From positions 20,316 through 84,315 of the forward strand of contig CAYPBF010000002.1 in assembly GCA_964408935.1 (NCBI GenBank): 64,000 nt of DNA, written 5' to 3'. The translations under genes were made by a program, and so were the position numbers. Positions within the stretch are counted from its first letter, which is position 1; the number at the start of each line of letters is the position of its first letter. The notes beneath the pieces are model-generated. The model searched no databases and was not told where the DNA came from. It saw only the letters and a list, made by a program, of their open reading frames with translations. Origin of the DNA: an uncultured Dehalococcoidales bacterium. Lineage in GTDB: Bacteria > Chloroflexota > Dehalococcoidia > Dehalococcoidales > BS750m-G39. Positions 8,409 to 17,998 of this stretch are shown one piece after another.

Positions 8409-9173
8409 GTGAAAAAGCAATCTATATACAAGTATTATTACTTTGGCACTTGTCTAAGATATCTCCAAGATGCCGAGGCTGGCCACCCCATTAAGGGGGA
8501 TGGTTTCATTATAGATAATATTGACGAATTCTTCCGAAGCCTTGATGAACTTGGTCTAAATGTAACCCAGCGAGTTGCTCGTGGTTTAAAAGCCTTTAGG
8601 CAAAAGCTCCTTGAAAAGAAGGCCAAGAAACCTTCACTTTCGCAAAAAGAAGCTGAGGATTTGGGATACCTGATGGATCAGATCAGGATAACGCTTGATG
8701 CAGAGATTACACAAATTGAAGCCTTCAGCGTAACGCCAAAGATATTTGATACCGATAAACTCCTTGGCAACGTTGATTTATTGTTTGCTCCAAATGTGTT
8801 TGAAGCCTTACCAAATATCTCAGCATACGATTTTAGCGAGGCAGGTAAATGTATCGCATTTGAAAGACCTACAGCCGCGGCTTTTCACATTCTACGTGGC
8901 ACAGAATCTGTATTACGCCTTTTTTATTGTAATCTTGTACTTCAAAAACGAGTAACACCTCTTCTATGGGCGAATATGGTAGAAGATTTAAGAACCAGAC
9001 AAAAAACGAAAAAATATGGGGAACTATACGATAATCTTGATAACATTCGTTTGCACTATCGAAACCCAACACAGCATCCTGACAAAATATATGATATAAA
9101 CGAAGTTCAGGACTTATGGCCGCTTTGCACTGGGGCAATAAACAGAATGATGAATATATTGAAACCAGAGTGA
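8409..9173 (+). CDS. AT-rich hypothetical protein with C-terminal HEPN-like motif
   Basis: PTAAAFHILRGTESVLR and IRLHYRNPTQH (R-x4-H); composition visibly AT-rich compared with flanks. Confidence 0.6.
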   Translation: MKKQSIYKYYYFGTCLRYLQDAEAGHPIKGDGFIIDNIDEFFRSLDELGLNVTQRVARGLKAFRQKLLEKKAKKPSLSQKEAEDLGYLMDQIRITLDAEITQIEAFSVTPKIFDTDKLLGNVDLLFAPNVFEALPNISAYDFSEAGKCIAFERPTAAAFHILRGTESVLRLFYCNLVLQKRVTPLLWANMVEDLRTRQKTKKYGELYDNLDNIRLHYRNPTQHPDKIYDINEVQDLWPLCTGAINRMMNILKPE

Positions 9174-9257
9174 GGCAAAAACGCTATCATCAATAGACTA
9201 CCACAAGTATCATGCCACCTTTAACGTAGAATCCACCACCCCCCAAAGGAGCCGAAA

Positions 9258-9518
9258 ATGGATATAGACCCCCAAATCCTCACCAACCTCATCTTCTGCG
9301 TCATCATCCTCTGCCTGGGCATCACCAGCTACCTCAAAATGAAAAGGATGTGGCCCCTGCTGCTTGGTGCCGCCTTCGCCTGCTTCGGCGCATCGCACCT
9401 GTTCACCCTCCTCGACCTAGCTGAAAGCCTGGAAGTCCTGCTCTTCGTCATCCGGACAATCGGCTACCTGCTGACGTTCTGGGTTATCTACTGGTACGGC
9501 TGCCGCAAGTATGCCTGA
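9258..9518 (+). CDS. Small 3-TM hypothetical membrane protein
   Basis: AAGGAG RBS; three hydrophobic segments. Confidence 0.7.
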   Translation: MDIDPQILTNLIFCVIILCLGITSYLKMKRMWPLLLGAAFACFGASHLFTLLDLAESLEVLLFVIRTIGYLLTFWVIYWYGCRKYA

Positions 9519-9545
9519 AACAAAAAATCAGGGAAAGGAGTAATT

Positions 9546-9896
9546 ATGCCGACTATAATTGTGGTGTATAACGCCAAGGACAAAAAGACTGCTGACGATT
9601 ACGAACAATATCTAAAGAGGAAGAAGATTCCCCTCTTACGCTCCAAGCCCTACATAAACGCATTTGACATGTATCGGATTGACAAGGTACTGGCGCCCTC
9701 CGTAGTCGATGCCAAGAACCCGCCCTCGGAGCCCCCCTATCAGTTTGTGGCCAAGTGCGAGGTAGAAGACCTAGAGGCTTTTGGCCAAGATAATCAAACA
9801 CCCGAAATGCAGGCCTTCGCCCAAGAATATAGTGCCTATCTTGACCCCAACGGGCCTCTTAATGTGTTCACTCTCGGCCACAAAATTGAGCCGTAA
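9546..9896 (+). CDS. EthD/REDY-like dimeric alpha-beta barrel protein
   Basis: AAGGAG RBS; PYQFVAKCEVEDLEAF pattern typical of EthD/HapK-like proteins. Confidence 0.5.
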   Translation: MPTIIVVYNAKDKKTADDYEQYLKRKKIPLLRSKPYINAFDMYRIDKVLAPSVVDAKNPPSEPPYQFVAKCEVEDLEAFGQDNQTPEMQAFAQEYSAYLDPNGPLNVFTLGHKIEP

Positions 9897-9911
9897 GGAT
9901 ACAAAAAATCA

Positions 9912-9933
9912 GGGAGGGGTAAACGCCCCTCCC
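9912..9933. terminator. Hairpin between convergent genes
   Basis: GGGAGGGG-TAAACG-CCCCTCCC. Confidence 0.55.
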
Positions 9934-9972
9934 CGACGTTTCCTAACGTATTAAGTTAGTAAGCTAATCGGC

Positions 9973-10182
9973 CTATTTGCCTTCGTACTTAAAGGATAAC
10001 CTTACCTTGGCCCGGTAGTTGACAACCTTGCCCTTCTCCAACTGCATGTCCAGCTCTTCGATCTCGGCAATGCGCAGGTCTCTCAAAGTCTTGCCCGCGG
10101 TCTCCACCGCCTCCCGGGCCGCCTCCTCCCAAGACTTGGTGCTCGTGCCCACCAGGGTGATTACCTTGTAAACGCTGTCCAT
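9973..10182 (-). CDS. Dodecin-domain protein
   Basis: VYKVITLVGTSTKSWEEAAREAVETA...YRAKVRLSFK. Confidence 0.9.
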   Translation of the reverse strand: MDSVYKVITLVGTSTKSWEEAAREAVETAGKTLRDLRIAEIEELDMQLEKGKVVNYRAKVRLSFKYEGK

Positions 10183-10306
10183 GATTACCCTCCTTCTCTT
10201 TTGAGTCAGTCACTCTATAATGAATACACAGTCTATAAGATATGGGGCGTCCTGTCAATAGCTAGATAGCATTGTCACCCTCGGCGCCAAAGGCTATACT
10301 AATAGT

Positions 10307-12325
10307 ATGCCTGACTTCAAGATTGTCTCCGATTTTAAGATGACGGGCGACCAGCCCCAGGCGGTGGACAAGCTCGTCGAAGGTCTGGAAAAGGACCACA
10401 AATACCAGACGCTACTCGGTGTCACCGGCAGCGGCAAGACCTTCACCATGGCCAACGTCATCGCCCGTGTGCAGCGGCCCACGCTGGTCATCTGCCACAA
10501 CAAGACCCTGGCCGCCCAGCTCTCTACCGAGTTCAAGGAGTTCTTCCCCGATAACGCTGTGGAGTACTTCGTCAGCTACTACGACTACTACCAGCCCGAG
10601 GCCTATCTCCCCCGCAGCGATACTTTTATCGAGAAGGAGATTGACATCAACGAGGAAATCGATAAGCTGCGCCACGCCGCCACCCGTTCCCTCATCGAGC
10701 GGCGGGACGTGGTCATCGTGGCTTCGGTCTCCTGCATCTACGGCCTCGGCGAGCCCAAAGAGTACCGCAGCTTCGTTTTGAGCCTCAAGAAAGGCGAGGA
10801 CTACCCCCGCAAAACGCTGCTCAGGCAGATGGTGGACATGCAGTACGAGCGTAACGACATCGACTTTACGAGGGGCAAGTTCCGCGTCCGCGGCGACACC
10901 CTGGAGATACAGCCCGCCTACGAGGAATTGGCCCTGCGCATTGAGTTCTTCGGCGACACGCTGGAACGAATCATTGAAATCGACCCCCTCACCGGGGAAA
11001 TGCTCCACGAGAAGGACTCGGTGAACATCTACCCCGCCAAGCACTTCGTCACCTCCTACCAGAAGCGGATGACGGCCATCGAGAGCATTAAGGAGGAACT
11101 GGCCGAGCGCCTCACCGAGCTCAAAGGCCAGGGTAAACTTTTGGAAGCGGCGAGACTCGAAGCCCGCACCAACTACGATATGGAGATGCTGCGCGAGGCC
11201 GGCTACTGCCACGCCGTGGAGAACTACTCCCGCCACCTGGCGCAGAGACCTCCGGGCAGTCCCCCGTCAACGCTTTTGGACTATTTCCCCGAGGACTTTC
11301 TGCTCTTCATTGACGAGTCGCACATGACCATCCCCCAGATACGCGGCATGTACCACGGTGATATTGCCCGCAAGGAGACGCTGGTGGAGTACGGCTTTCG
11401 CCTGCCCTCGGCGCTGGACAACCGCCCCCTGAACTTTATCGAGTTCAACCAGCGCATCAACCAGGTGGTCTTTACCTCGGCCACCCCGGGCGAATACGAG
11501 TACAAGCACAGTAAGCAGGTCGTCGAGCAGTTGGTGCGCCCCACCGGTCTCCTGGAACCGACCATCGAGGTCAAGCCGACCAAGGGACAGATTGACGACT
11601 TAATGGAGCAGATAAAGACCCGCGTGGACAGGAAAGAGCGTTGCCTGGTGACCACATTGACCAAGCGCATGGCCGAAGAGCTGGCCGACTATTTGATTGA
11701 AATGGGCGTCAAGACGCACTATCTGCACTCGGAGATAGATACTTTGGAACGTGTGGAAATATTGCGCGACCTGCGCTTAGGCGTCTACGACGTGGTGGTG
11801 GGCATAAACCTGCTGCGCGAAGGGCTCGACCTGCCCGAGGTCAGCCTGGTGGCCATTCTGGATGCCGATAAGGAGGGCTACCTCAGGTCGGAGGGGGCTT
11901 TGATTCAGACGATGGGCCGCGCCGCCCGCCACATCGGCGGCCACGTCATCATGTACGCCGACACCGTCACCAAGTCCATGCAGGCGGCCATCGACGAGAC
12001 CCAGCGCCGCCGCCGCATCCAGGAAGACTTTAACCAGGAGCACGGCATCACCCCGCAGGGCATCAGAAAGGCCATCAAGGACATCACCGAGCGCGTCAAG
12101 GTCGCCGCCGAGGTCCGCGCCGTCTATAGCGCCGAGGCCCCACCCACCCGTGAGGACGTTACCCGCCTCATCAAGGAATTAGAGGGCCAGATGAAGACCG
12201 CCGCCCGCAATTTGGAGTTCGAAAAGGCGGCGCTTATCCGCGACCGCATCGTTGAGCTGCGTAAGGAGTTCGAGCCAGTAGAGATTGTGGAGGGAGCCGA
12301 GAAAGCGGAGATTAAGGATGACTGA
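10307..12325 (+). CDS. uvrB: Excinuclease ABC subunit B
   Basis: [18 protein letters not shown] beta-hairpin, DESH, C-terminal UVR domain. Confidence 0.98.
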   Translation: MPDFKIVSDFKMTGDQPQAVDKLVEGLEKDHKYQTLLGVTGSGKTFTMANVIARVQRPTLVICHNKTLAAQLSTEFKEFFPDNAVEYFVSYYDYYQPEAYLPRSDTFIEKEIDINEEIDKLRHAATRSLIERRDVVIVASVSCIYGLGEPKEYRSFVLSLKKGEDYPRKTLLRQMVDMQYERNDIDFTRGKFRVRGDTLEIQPAYEELALRIEFFGDTLERIIEIDPLTGEMLHEKDSVNIYPAKHFVTSYQKRMTAIESIKEELAERLTELKGQGKLLEAARLEARTNYDMEMLREAGYCHAVENYSRHLAQRPPGSPPSTLLDYFPEDFLLFIDESHMTIPQIRGMYHGDIARKETLVEYGFRLPSALDNRPLNFIEFNQRINQVVFTSATPGEYEYKHSKQVVEQLVRPTGLLEPTIEVKPTKGQIDDLMEQIKTRVDRKERCLVTTLTKRMAEELADYLIEMGVKTHYLHSEIDTLERVEILRDLRLGVYDVVVGINLLREGLDLPEVSLVAILDADKEGYLRSEGALIQTMGRAARHIGGHVIMYADTVTKSMQAAIDETQRRRRIQEDFNQEHGITPQGIRKAIKDITERVKVAAEVRAVYSAEAPPTREDVTRLIKELEGQMKTAARNLEFEKAALIRDRIVELRKEFEPVEIVEGAEKAEIKDD

Positions 12326-12461
12326 CGACGAGCTAAAGACGCGGCAGGAGCGCCGTGAGAAGAAGCTGAAGAAGAAGCGGGAGCGCATGTCCAAGCACGG
12401 TAAAAACCTGGCGCGCGTTTACATGGAGGCGGTTATTAAGAGGTTGAGGGGTAAAAAATGA
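12318..12461 (+). CDS. 47-aa highly basic small protein (not in ORF track)
   Basis: [47 protein letters not shown]; start overlaps the uvrB end and the stop overlaps the next ATG (ATGA). Confidence 0.65.
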   Translation: MTDDELKTRQERREKKLKKKRERMSKHGKNLARVYMEAVIKRLRGKK

Positions 12462-13378
12462 GAAATCCAGGCAAGATAGCAGTTTTAGCTTTAGTAATTC
12501 TACTCTCGTTAGCATTAGTGCCGCTGTCTGCCTGTGACGGAGATGGCTCTGATACCCCGAACCTGTCCTTCATCTGGAAAATATCGTCAGAGGCGAACTC
12601 CATCTATCTCTTGGGCTCTATCCATGTGGCCAGCCCGGATATATACCCCCTGGACAGCGCCATAGAAAATGCCTTCGAGCTGGCCGATAATCTCGTCGTT
12701 GAGGTTGATCTAACCCAGGTGGACGATATGTACGTCCTGCAACTGATTATGGACTATGGCACCTATCCCCCGGGTGAGACACTGCAGGACCATATATCCG
12801 ATGACCTCTACGCTCAACTAGCCGAACAGTTTGACCTCGGCCTTGTCGCCATTGATATAAATATCTTTAGACCGTGGGTTGTGGTTACGCTTCTGGAACA
12901 GCTACAAATGCAGGAGCTGGGCTACAACTCCGAATACGGGATAGACCTGCACTTCATTAACCAGGCCGCAGATAGCGGCAAAGATATCATCGAACTGGAA
13001 ACGGCGGACTACCAGATTGAAATACAAAGCGCCCTCCCCGATGAACTGATGATATTATTGCTAGAGGATTACGTGGAGAACCCCATGACGCAGGAGGACG
13101 GGGATTTGTTATTCGAAGTCTGGGAAGACGGCGATACGGCAACAATGGAAACGCTTTTATTTGAATCCCTAAGCGATGAGCCGTTACTGGAGCCCTACTA
13201 CGACGTATTAATCTACGCCCGCAACGTCACCATGGCGGAAACTATAGAGGGCTTCCTTGCCGAAGACGAGACGTACTTTGTCGTCGTTGGGGCGGGCCAT
13301 CTGGTTGGTGAGCAAGGCATAGTTGCCCTATTGGCGGAAAGAGGGTATGTAACCGAACAGCTTTATGATTTGGATTAG
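12458..13378 (+). CDS. TraB/GumN family lipoprotein
   Basis: Lipobox LSAC; IYLLGSIH, GID, LET, RN, VVVGAGHLVG motifs. Confidence 0.9.
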   Translation: MRNPGKIAVLALVILLSLALVPLSACDGDGSDTPNLSFIWKISSEANSIYLLGSIHVASPDIYPLDSAIENAFELADNLVVEVDLTQVDDMYVLQLIMDYGTYPPGETLQDHISDDLYAQLAEQFDLGLVAIDINIFRPWVVVTLLEQLQMQELGYNSEYGIDLHFINQAADSGKDIIELETADYQIEIQSALPDELMILLLEDYVENPMTQEDGDLLFEVWEDGDTATMETLLFESLSDEPLLEPYYDVLIYARNVTMAETIEGFLAEDETYFVVVGAGHLVGEQGIVALLAERGYVTEQLYDLD

Positions 13379-13410
13379 GGGGGGGGATAGTCAAAAATTA
13401 CGCCTCATAC

Positions 13411-13438
13411 TTGACACCTGTCGAAAAAGTGTTAGTAT
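13411..13438 (+). promoter_or_regulatory. Promoter of the NACHT gene
   Basis: TTGACA-N16-TAGTAT. Confidence 0.5.
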
Positions 13439-13482
13439 TTTTAATACCATTACATTGCTGACAAATCAAAGGGGAGATTTAA

Positions 13483-15339
13483 ATGGTAGATCTCTTGGCG
13501 TATTCTGCTGGAACTAGAATTCTTTCTCGCATCACCGATGATTTATATGATTTTATAAAGGACAAGACAAGTAAATCTATACAGAAAAAGAATATCGAGA
13601 GAAAGGTGCCCGATTTACTTAACAAGATTTGCAACGTTCGGAATGTTAAGACGCTATGGCAACTCGACCAAGCAGTAGACGTTGAAACCTTTTACTGCGA
13701 TACTCATTTAATATTCCCCACAAAGAAAAGAGGAGGGAAGGGAGCCAGAAAAAAGGTAGATGCCGTCTCTGATTTAAATACAACTCATAATATTGTAATA
13801 AAAGGCATAGCTGGTCAGGGAAAATCGATTTTCTTAAGGCACTTATGTGCGCGGGAATTTGAAACAGGTATACGTATACCTGTATTTATTGAACTAAGAA
13901 GGATACAAGCTAATGAGACTGTACTCGAACATATAAATCGTTTCCTGGATATCTTAGACCTCCCCATAGACGAAGATCTCTTCAAAATATTATCAAAATC
14001 GGGCAAGTTTATTTTCTTTTTTGATGGCTTCGACGAGATTCCAGACGATTTAAGACTAAGTATCATAAACGAATTGGAGTACTTATCCTCATGTGCAACA
14101 AACTCTCAATTCATTGTAAGCACTAGACCGAATAGCCCAATTGAAATGTCTCCTTATTTTGATGTGTATTTATTAGATAACCTTCAGGGAAACGAATACA
14201 AAAGGGTCATTGAAAAACTAGCGGATTCGCCAGAATATTCAAGCAATCTAATCGGAGTAATTGAGTCTCATAAAGCCAAGCTTTCTGAACTTTTATGCAA
14301 CCCGCTGCTGGTAACCCTTCTCTTAATAACTTACAAATCTTATCAGAAATTGCCAGAGCAGTTATCCGACTTCTATGAATCGATATTTTTTGTATTATTG
14401 CAAAGGCACGACGGCACTAAACCTGGTTTTATGCGACCTAGACGTTGCTCAATCAACGACAGTCAGTACCGTGGAATATTTGATGCTTTCTGTTTTCGGT
14501 CCAAAAGAGAACGGGGTGCTGCGTTTGATTACCAAACGGTCTATAAACTAATTAAAGACGCAATGGATTTAGCTAGCGTTGAAGAAGACCCGGATCGCTA
14601 TCTAAAAGATATCAAACAAGTAACCTGTTTATTACTCGAAGAAGGAAACGAATATCGGTTTATCCATAAGAGTGTTCAAGAGTATTACTCCTCATCCTTT
14701 CTTAAAAACAGACCTGACACTAATGCGATTAGTTTTTACGCGGCATGCTTGGATTACAAAACATATTCTGCTTGGAATTCAGAACTTCGATTTCTAGCTG
14801 AAATTGATAAATACCGCTATAATAAATATTATTTAGTACCCTTATGCAGGAGATGGCTCGATGTAGAGTCTGATGATGATTTATTAAAAGGTTCGCCACC
14901 TTTAACAACTGAAAGGACCAAAGCTTTGATAGGTTCTTTTGGTTTGATGTTAAAACAGGACAAAAAGAAGGGTATCTCAGGATTGATGACAGGTACAACT
15001 AGGCAAATGATCAGCGATGAATCGCTTTTTAATTTGAAGCTTGTCCCCACCTTTTTCGAAGAAATAGATTATACGAATTTACTAATGCAATTAATGAGTA
15101 AGAAAATCATAGTAAATAATGAACTATTAGAGCGTTATAGCATTCACCGTTCGTACACCCCTTCTCCTTCCAAGGGTTTGAAACAGTATGTGATTACTGT
15201 TCATCAGGTAATTGATGAAGGTTTCTTCCTTGACACATTTAAATCTCTAGCCCAACGAGTTTCAGAATACGTCTACAAACTTTGGAAAAATGCCCATTCA
15301 TACGTCGAGAAAGAAGACTCCCTAGATATTACTTATTGA
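13483..15339 (+). CDS. NACHT-family STAND NTPase (bacterial NLR-like), AT-rich
   Basis: Walker A GIAGQGKS, Walker B FFFDGFDE, sensor STRP, NPLL, winged-helix FIHKSVQEYY. Confidence 0.88.
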   Translation: MVDLLAYSAGTRILSRITDDLYDFIKDKTSKSIQKKNIERKVPDLLNKICNVRNVKTLWQLDQAVDVETFYCDTHLIFPTKKRGGKGARKKVDAVSDLNTTHNIVIKGIAGQGKSIFLRHLCAREFETGIRIPVFIELRRIQANETVLEHINRFLDILDLPIDEDLFKILSKSGKFIFFFDGFDEIPDDLRLSIINELEYLSSCATNSQFIVSTRPNSPIEMSPYFDVYLLDNLQGNEYKRVIEKLADSPEYSSNLIGVIESHKAKLSELLCNPLLVTLLLITYKSYQKLPEQLSDFYESIFFVLLQRHDGTKPGFMRPRRCSINDSQYRGIFDAFCFRSKRERGAAFDYQTVYKLIKDAMDLASVEEDPDRYLKDIKQVTCLLLEEGNEYRFIHKSVQEYYSSSFLKNRPDTNAISFYAACLDYKTYSAWNSELRFLAEIDKYRYNKYYLVPLCRRWLDVESDDDLLKGSPPLTTERTKALIGSFGLMLKQDKKKGISGLMTGTTRQMISDESLFNLKLVPTFFEEIDYTNLLMQLMSKKIIVNNELLERYSIHRSYTPSPSKGLKQYVITVHQVIDEGFFLDTFKSLAQRVSEYVYKLWKNAHSYVEKEDSLDITY

Positions 15340-15545
15340 TTGAGGCTTAAGCCTCGTCCCCCCTTCAATCCTCTCATCAAGCCGCCCCTAACACTCTCAA
15401 TTAACAATACCCCAAGTCAGAATATGGGACTAAAATCTGACGGCGGGCGGGAAAAGATATAAAACGGGGGGCGGGCAAAGAAACCCATTGACAACCCCTA
15501 ATCCCGTAGTACAATGAAGGCAGTAAACTCTAAGGAGGCAACTAG

Positions 15546-15788
15546 ATGGCAGTTCCCAGTAAGTTCAAGTGTGTAATCTGCGGCATGAGTCCCAAGTTCT
15601 ACGGGACATGTGCTATTATCCTGGAGGTCCTGGCCCTGGCCGCTCTGGTGCTGGGCATAATAAGCGGCGTTAAGTATGAAGCCGTCTTCAGTCTATGGTC
15701 TACGGAATATTTCCTGATATCGATTGCGCTCTTTATATGGGGTCTGTGGGTGTGGCTGGTGGGCTACTTCGCTGCCAAAGAAGAATAG
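15546..15788 (+). CDS. Small 2-TM hypothetical protein with N-terminal CxxC
   Basis: AAGGAGG RBS; promoter TTGACA-N16-TACAAT at 15488-15515; two hydrophobic helices. Confidence 0.7.
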   Translation: MAVPSKFKCVICGMSPKFYGTCAIILEVLALAALVLGIISGVKYEAVFSLWSTEYFLISIALFIWGLWVWLVGYFAAKEE

Positions 15789-15792
15789 AAGC

Positions 15793-17994
15793 CTAGCCCT
15801 GGCTCTCGTCGCGACGGAAGCCCTCTTCCTCGAGCTGGTCCATGATGCGGGCGGCTCGGGGATAGCCGATGTGCAACCGCCTCTGCAGGAAAGAGGTGGA
15901 GACGTGGTCGTGTTCCCGCGCCAACTGCCGGGCGGCTTCGAGCAGCGGGTCGGGCGGATAGTCCCCACTCCCCACCGTGGGGGTGGAAATCTCCGCGATT
16001 TTGAGCGGCACCGCTTCTGCCTGCTGCTGGCTGCTCCAGAAATAGACCAGCCTCTCCCTCTCCGCGTCGGAGACGTAACAGCCCTGCAGGCGCTTGGGTT
16101 TAGCCGCCTCGGTGGGCATAAAGAGCATATCACCCCTCCCCAAAAGCTTCTCGGCACCACCCATATCGAGGATGGTGCGCGAGTCCACCTGGGAGGTGAC
16201 AGCGAAGCTGATGCGGGTGGGGAAGTTGGCCTTGATTAGGCCCGTGACCACGTCCACGGAAGGGCGCTGCGTGGCCACGATAAGGTGAATACCGGTAGCA
16301 CGGGCCAGCTGGGCTAAGCGGCAGAGGACGTGCTCCACCTCGTCGAAGCCGGCCATCATCAGGTCGGCCAGCTCGTCAATGACCAGCACCAGGTAAGGCA
16401 GCCTCTCGTTACCCGCGCGGTTCTTGTTATAGCCCTCGATGTTGCGCGCCCCATCGGCAGCCAGCTTCTGGTAGCGCTTATCCATCTCCTGATTGAGCCA
16501 GCGCAGCGTGCCCAGCGCCTTGTTGGTATCGACGATAACCGGTGTCGCCAGGTGCGGTATGCTGTTGAAGGCGGTCATCTCCACCCGCTTGGGGTCAATC
16601 ATGATAAAGCGCAAATCGTTGGGCGTATAGTGCAGCAGCAGGCAGCAGATAACCGAGTTGAGACAAACGGTCTTGCCGCTGCCCGTGGCCCCGGCGATAA
16701 GCAGGTGGGGCATCCGGGAAAGGTCGGCGGCCACCGCCTCCCCTCCCGCCCCCTTGCCCAGCGCCAGCGTCAGCTTTGATTTGGGCATGAGCTTCTGGAA
16801 GACGCTGGTCTCGACCACCCCGCGCAGGCTCACCAGCCCGTAGATGGTATTGGGCACCTCGATGCCCACCAGCGATTTTCCGGGAACGGGGGCCTCGATG
16901 CGGATGCTGGGGGCGGCTAAAGCCAAAGCCAGGTCATTGGACAGCGAGGTAATCCTCTCCACCTTGACCCGCGTCTTGGAGACCTCCTCCTGCCTGATTT
17001 TTATGTTGCCGTCCTTGTCGCGCTCCTTTACCTCTTTTATCTTGCGGTCCCAGCCCGGTTCGACGCCAAACTGAGTCACCACCGGCCCCGCGTTTATCTG
17101 CACTACCTTGGCGGCCACGCCGTAGCTGGCCAGCGCCTCCTCGATGAGGTGCGCCCGCTGCGTGTTATCCGCCTGCCCGAACTCGACGTCGGGCACGTTG
17201 TCCAGTATATCGATGGGCGGCAATCTCCAGCCGTCGGCGGTAATCACCGACGCAGATTCACCGTACTTCTTCCAGACCTCTTGGGCCACCTGCTTCAGCT
17301 CCTGCTGACCCGATGTGAGCGTCATCCCAGCGGCAGCGGCAGGCGTCGGTGTAACCACGGGTGGAGCCATTGCCCCGGCATCGGGCGGCCTGACGGGCGG
17401 TTGGGTAATAACGGTGGGTTCCATCGGTTTATCGAGCGGGCTGGGCTCGACATAGACCCTCTCTCGGGGCTCGGGGCGCTTGCTCATGAGCCATCTCCAG
17501 AACCTCTTTAGCTGCCGCCAGAAAAAACCGGGGGAGATGAGAATGAAGCCCAGAAGCGTCAGCCCGATGAGCCGAAAGACGCCGCCGACGCCGCTGTCGC
17601 CAACAATCCCCTCGCCGAAATCGCCCCCCAGCCCGGTAAAGCCCAGGATTCCCCAGATGACAAAGATAAAGGCGACGACGCCCAGCCACTGGTTCCAGTG
17701 GTAGATAACGGAGAGTACCCGCCGCCCCCAAATCACCCCGATAATGAAGCCCAGGGCCAGAAAGAAGAAGAGCAACCCCCAGCCGAAGAGGTCGGTGGTG
17801 CCGCTCCATACGCTGTCCACCCAGCTGGAGATGTTATCCCACTGCCAGATGAACAGCCCCACAAAGATAATGGTCAGTATCAGGCGGCGCACGGGAGCCG
17901 AAAAGACGAAACGGAAAAAGCGGTTGCCCCCCGACCCCCCTCTAGGTCTGGGCTGAGAGCGGGACTGACGGTTGGTACTGCGCTTCCTGGCCAT
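15793..17994 (-). CDS. ftsK: DNA translocase FtsK/SpoIIIE
   Basis: N-terminal TMs; PHLLIAGATGSGKT, IDELADLM, ATQRPS; gamma domain STSFLQRRLHIGYPRAARIMD. Confidence 0.96.
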   Translation of the reverse strand: MARKRSTNRQSRSQPRPRGGSGGNRFFRFVFSAPVRRLILTIIFVGLFIWQWDNISSWVDSVWSGTTDLFGWGLLFFFLALGFIIGVIWGRRVLSVIYHWNQWLGVVAFIFVIWGILGFTGLGGDFGEGIVGDSGVGGVFRLIGLTLLGFILISPGFFWRQLKRFWRWLMSKRPEPRERVYVEPSPLDKPMEPTVITQPPVRPPDAGAMAPPVVTPTPAAAAGMTLTSGQQELKQVAQEVWKKYGESASVITADGWRLPPIDILDNVPDVEFGQADNTQRAHLIEEALASYGVAAKVVQINAGPVVTQFGVEPGWDRKIKEVKERDKDGNIKIRQEEVSKTRVKVERITSLSNDLALALAAPSIRIEAPVPGKSLVGIEVPNTIYGLVSLRGVVETSVFQKLMPKSKLTLALGKGAGGEAVAADLSRMPHLLIAGATGSGKTVCLNSVICCLLLHYTPNDLRFIMIDPKRVEMTAFNSIPHLATPVIVDTNKALGTLRWLNQEMDKRYQKLAADGARNIEGYNKNRAGNERLPYLVLVIDELADLMMAGFDEVEHVLCRLAQLARATGIHLIVATQRPSVDVVTGLIKANFPTRISFAVTSQVDSRTILDMGGAEKLLGRGDMLFMPTEAAKPKRLQGCYVSDAERERLVYFWSSQQQAEAVPLKIAEISTPTVGSGDYPPDPLLEAARQLAREHDHVSTSFLQRRLHIGYPRAARIMDQLEEEGFRRDESQG

Positions 17995-17998
17995 TGGC

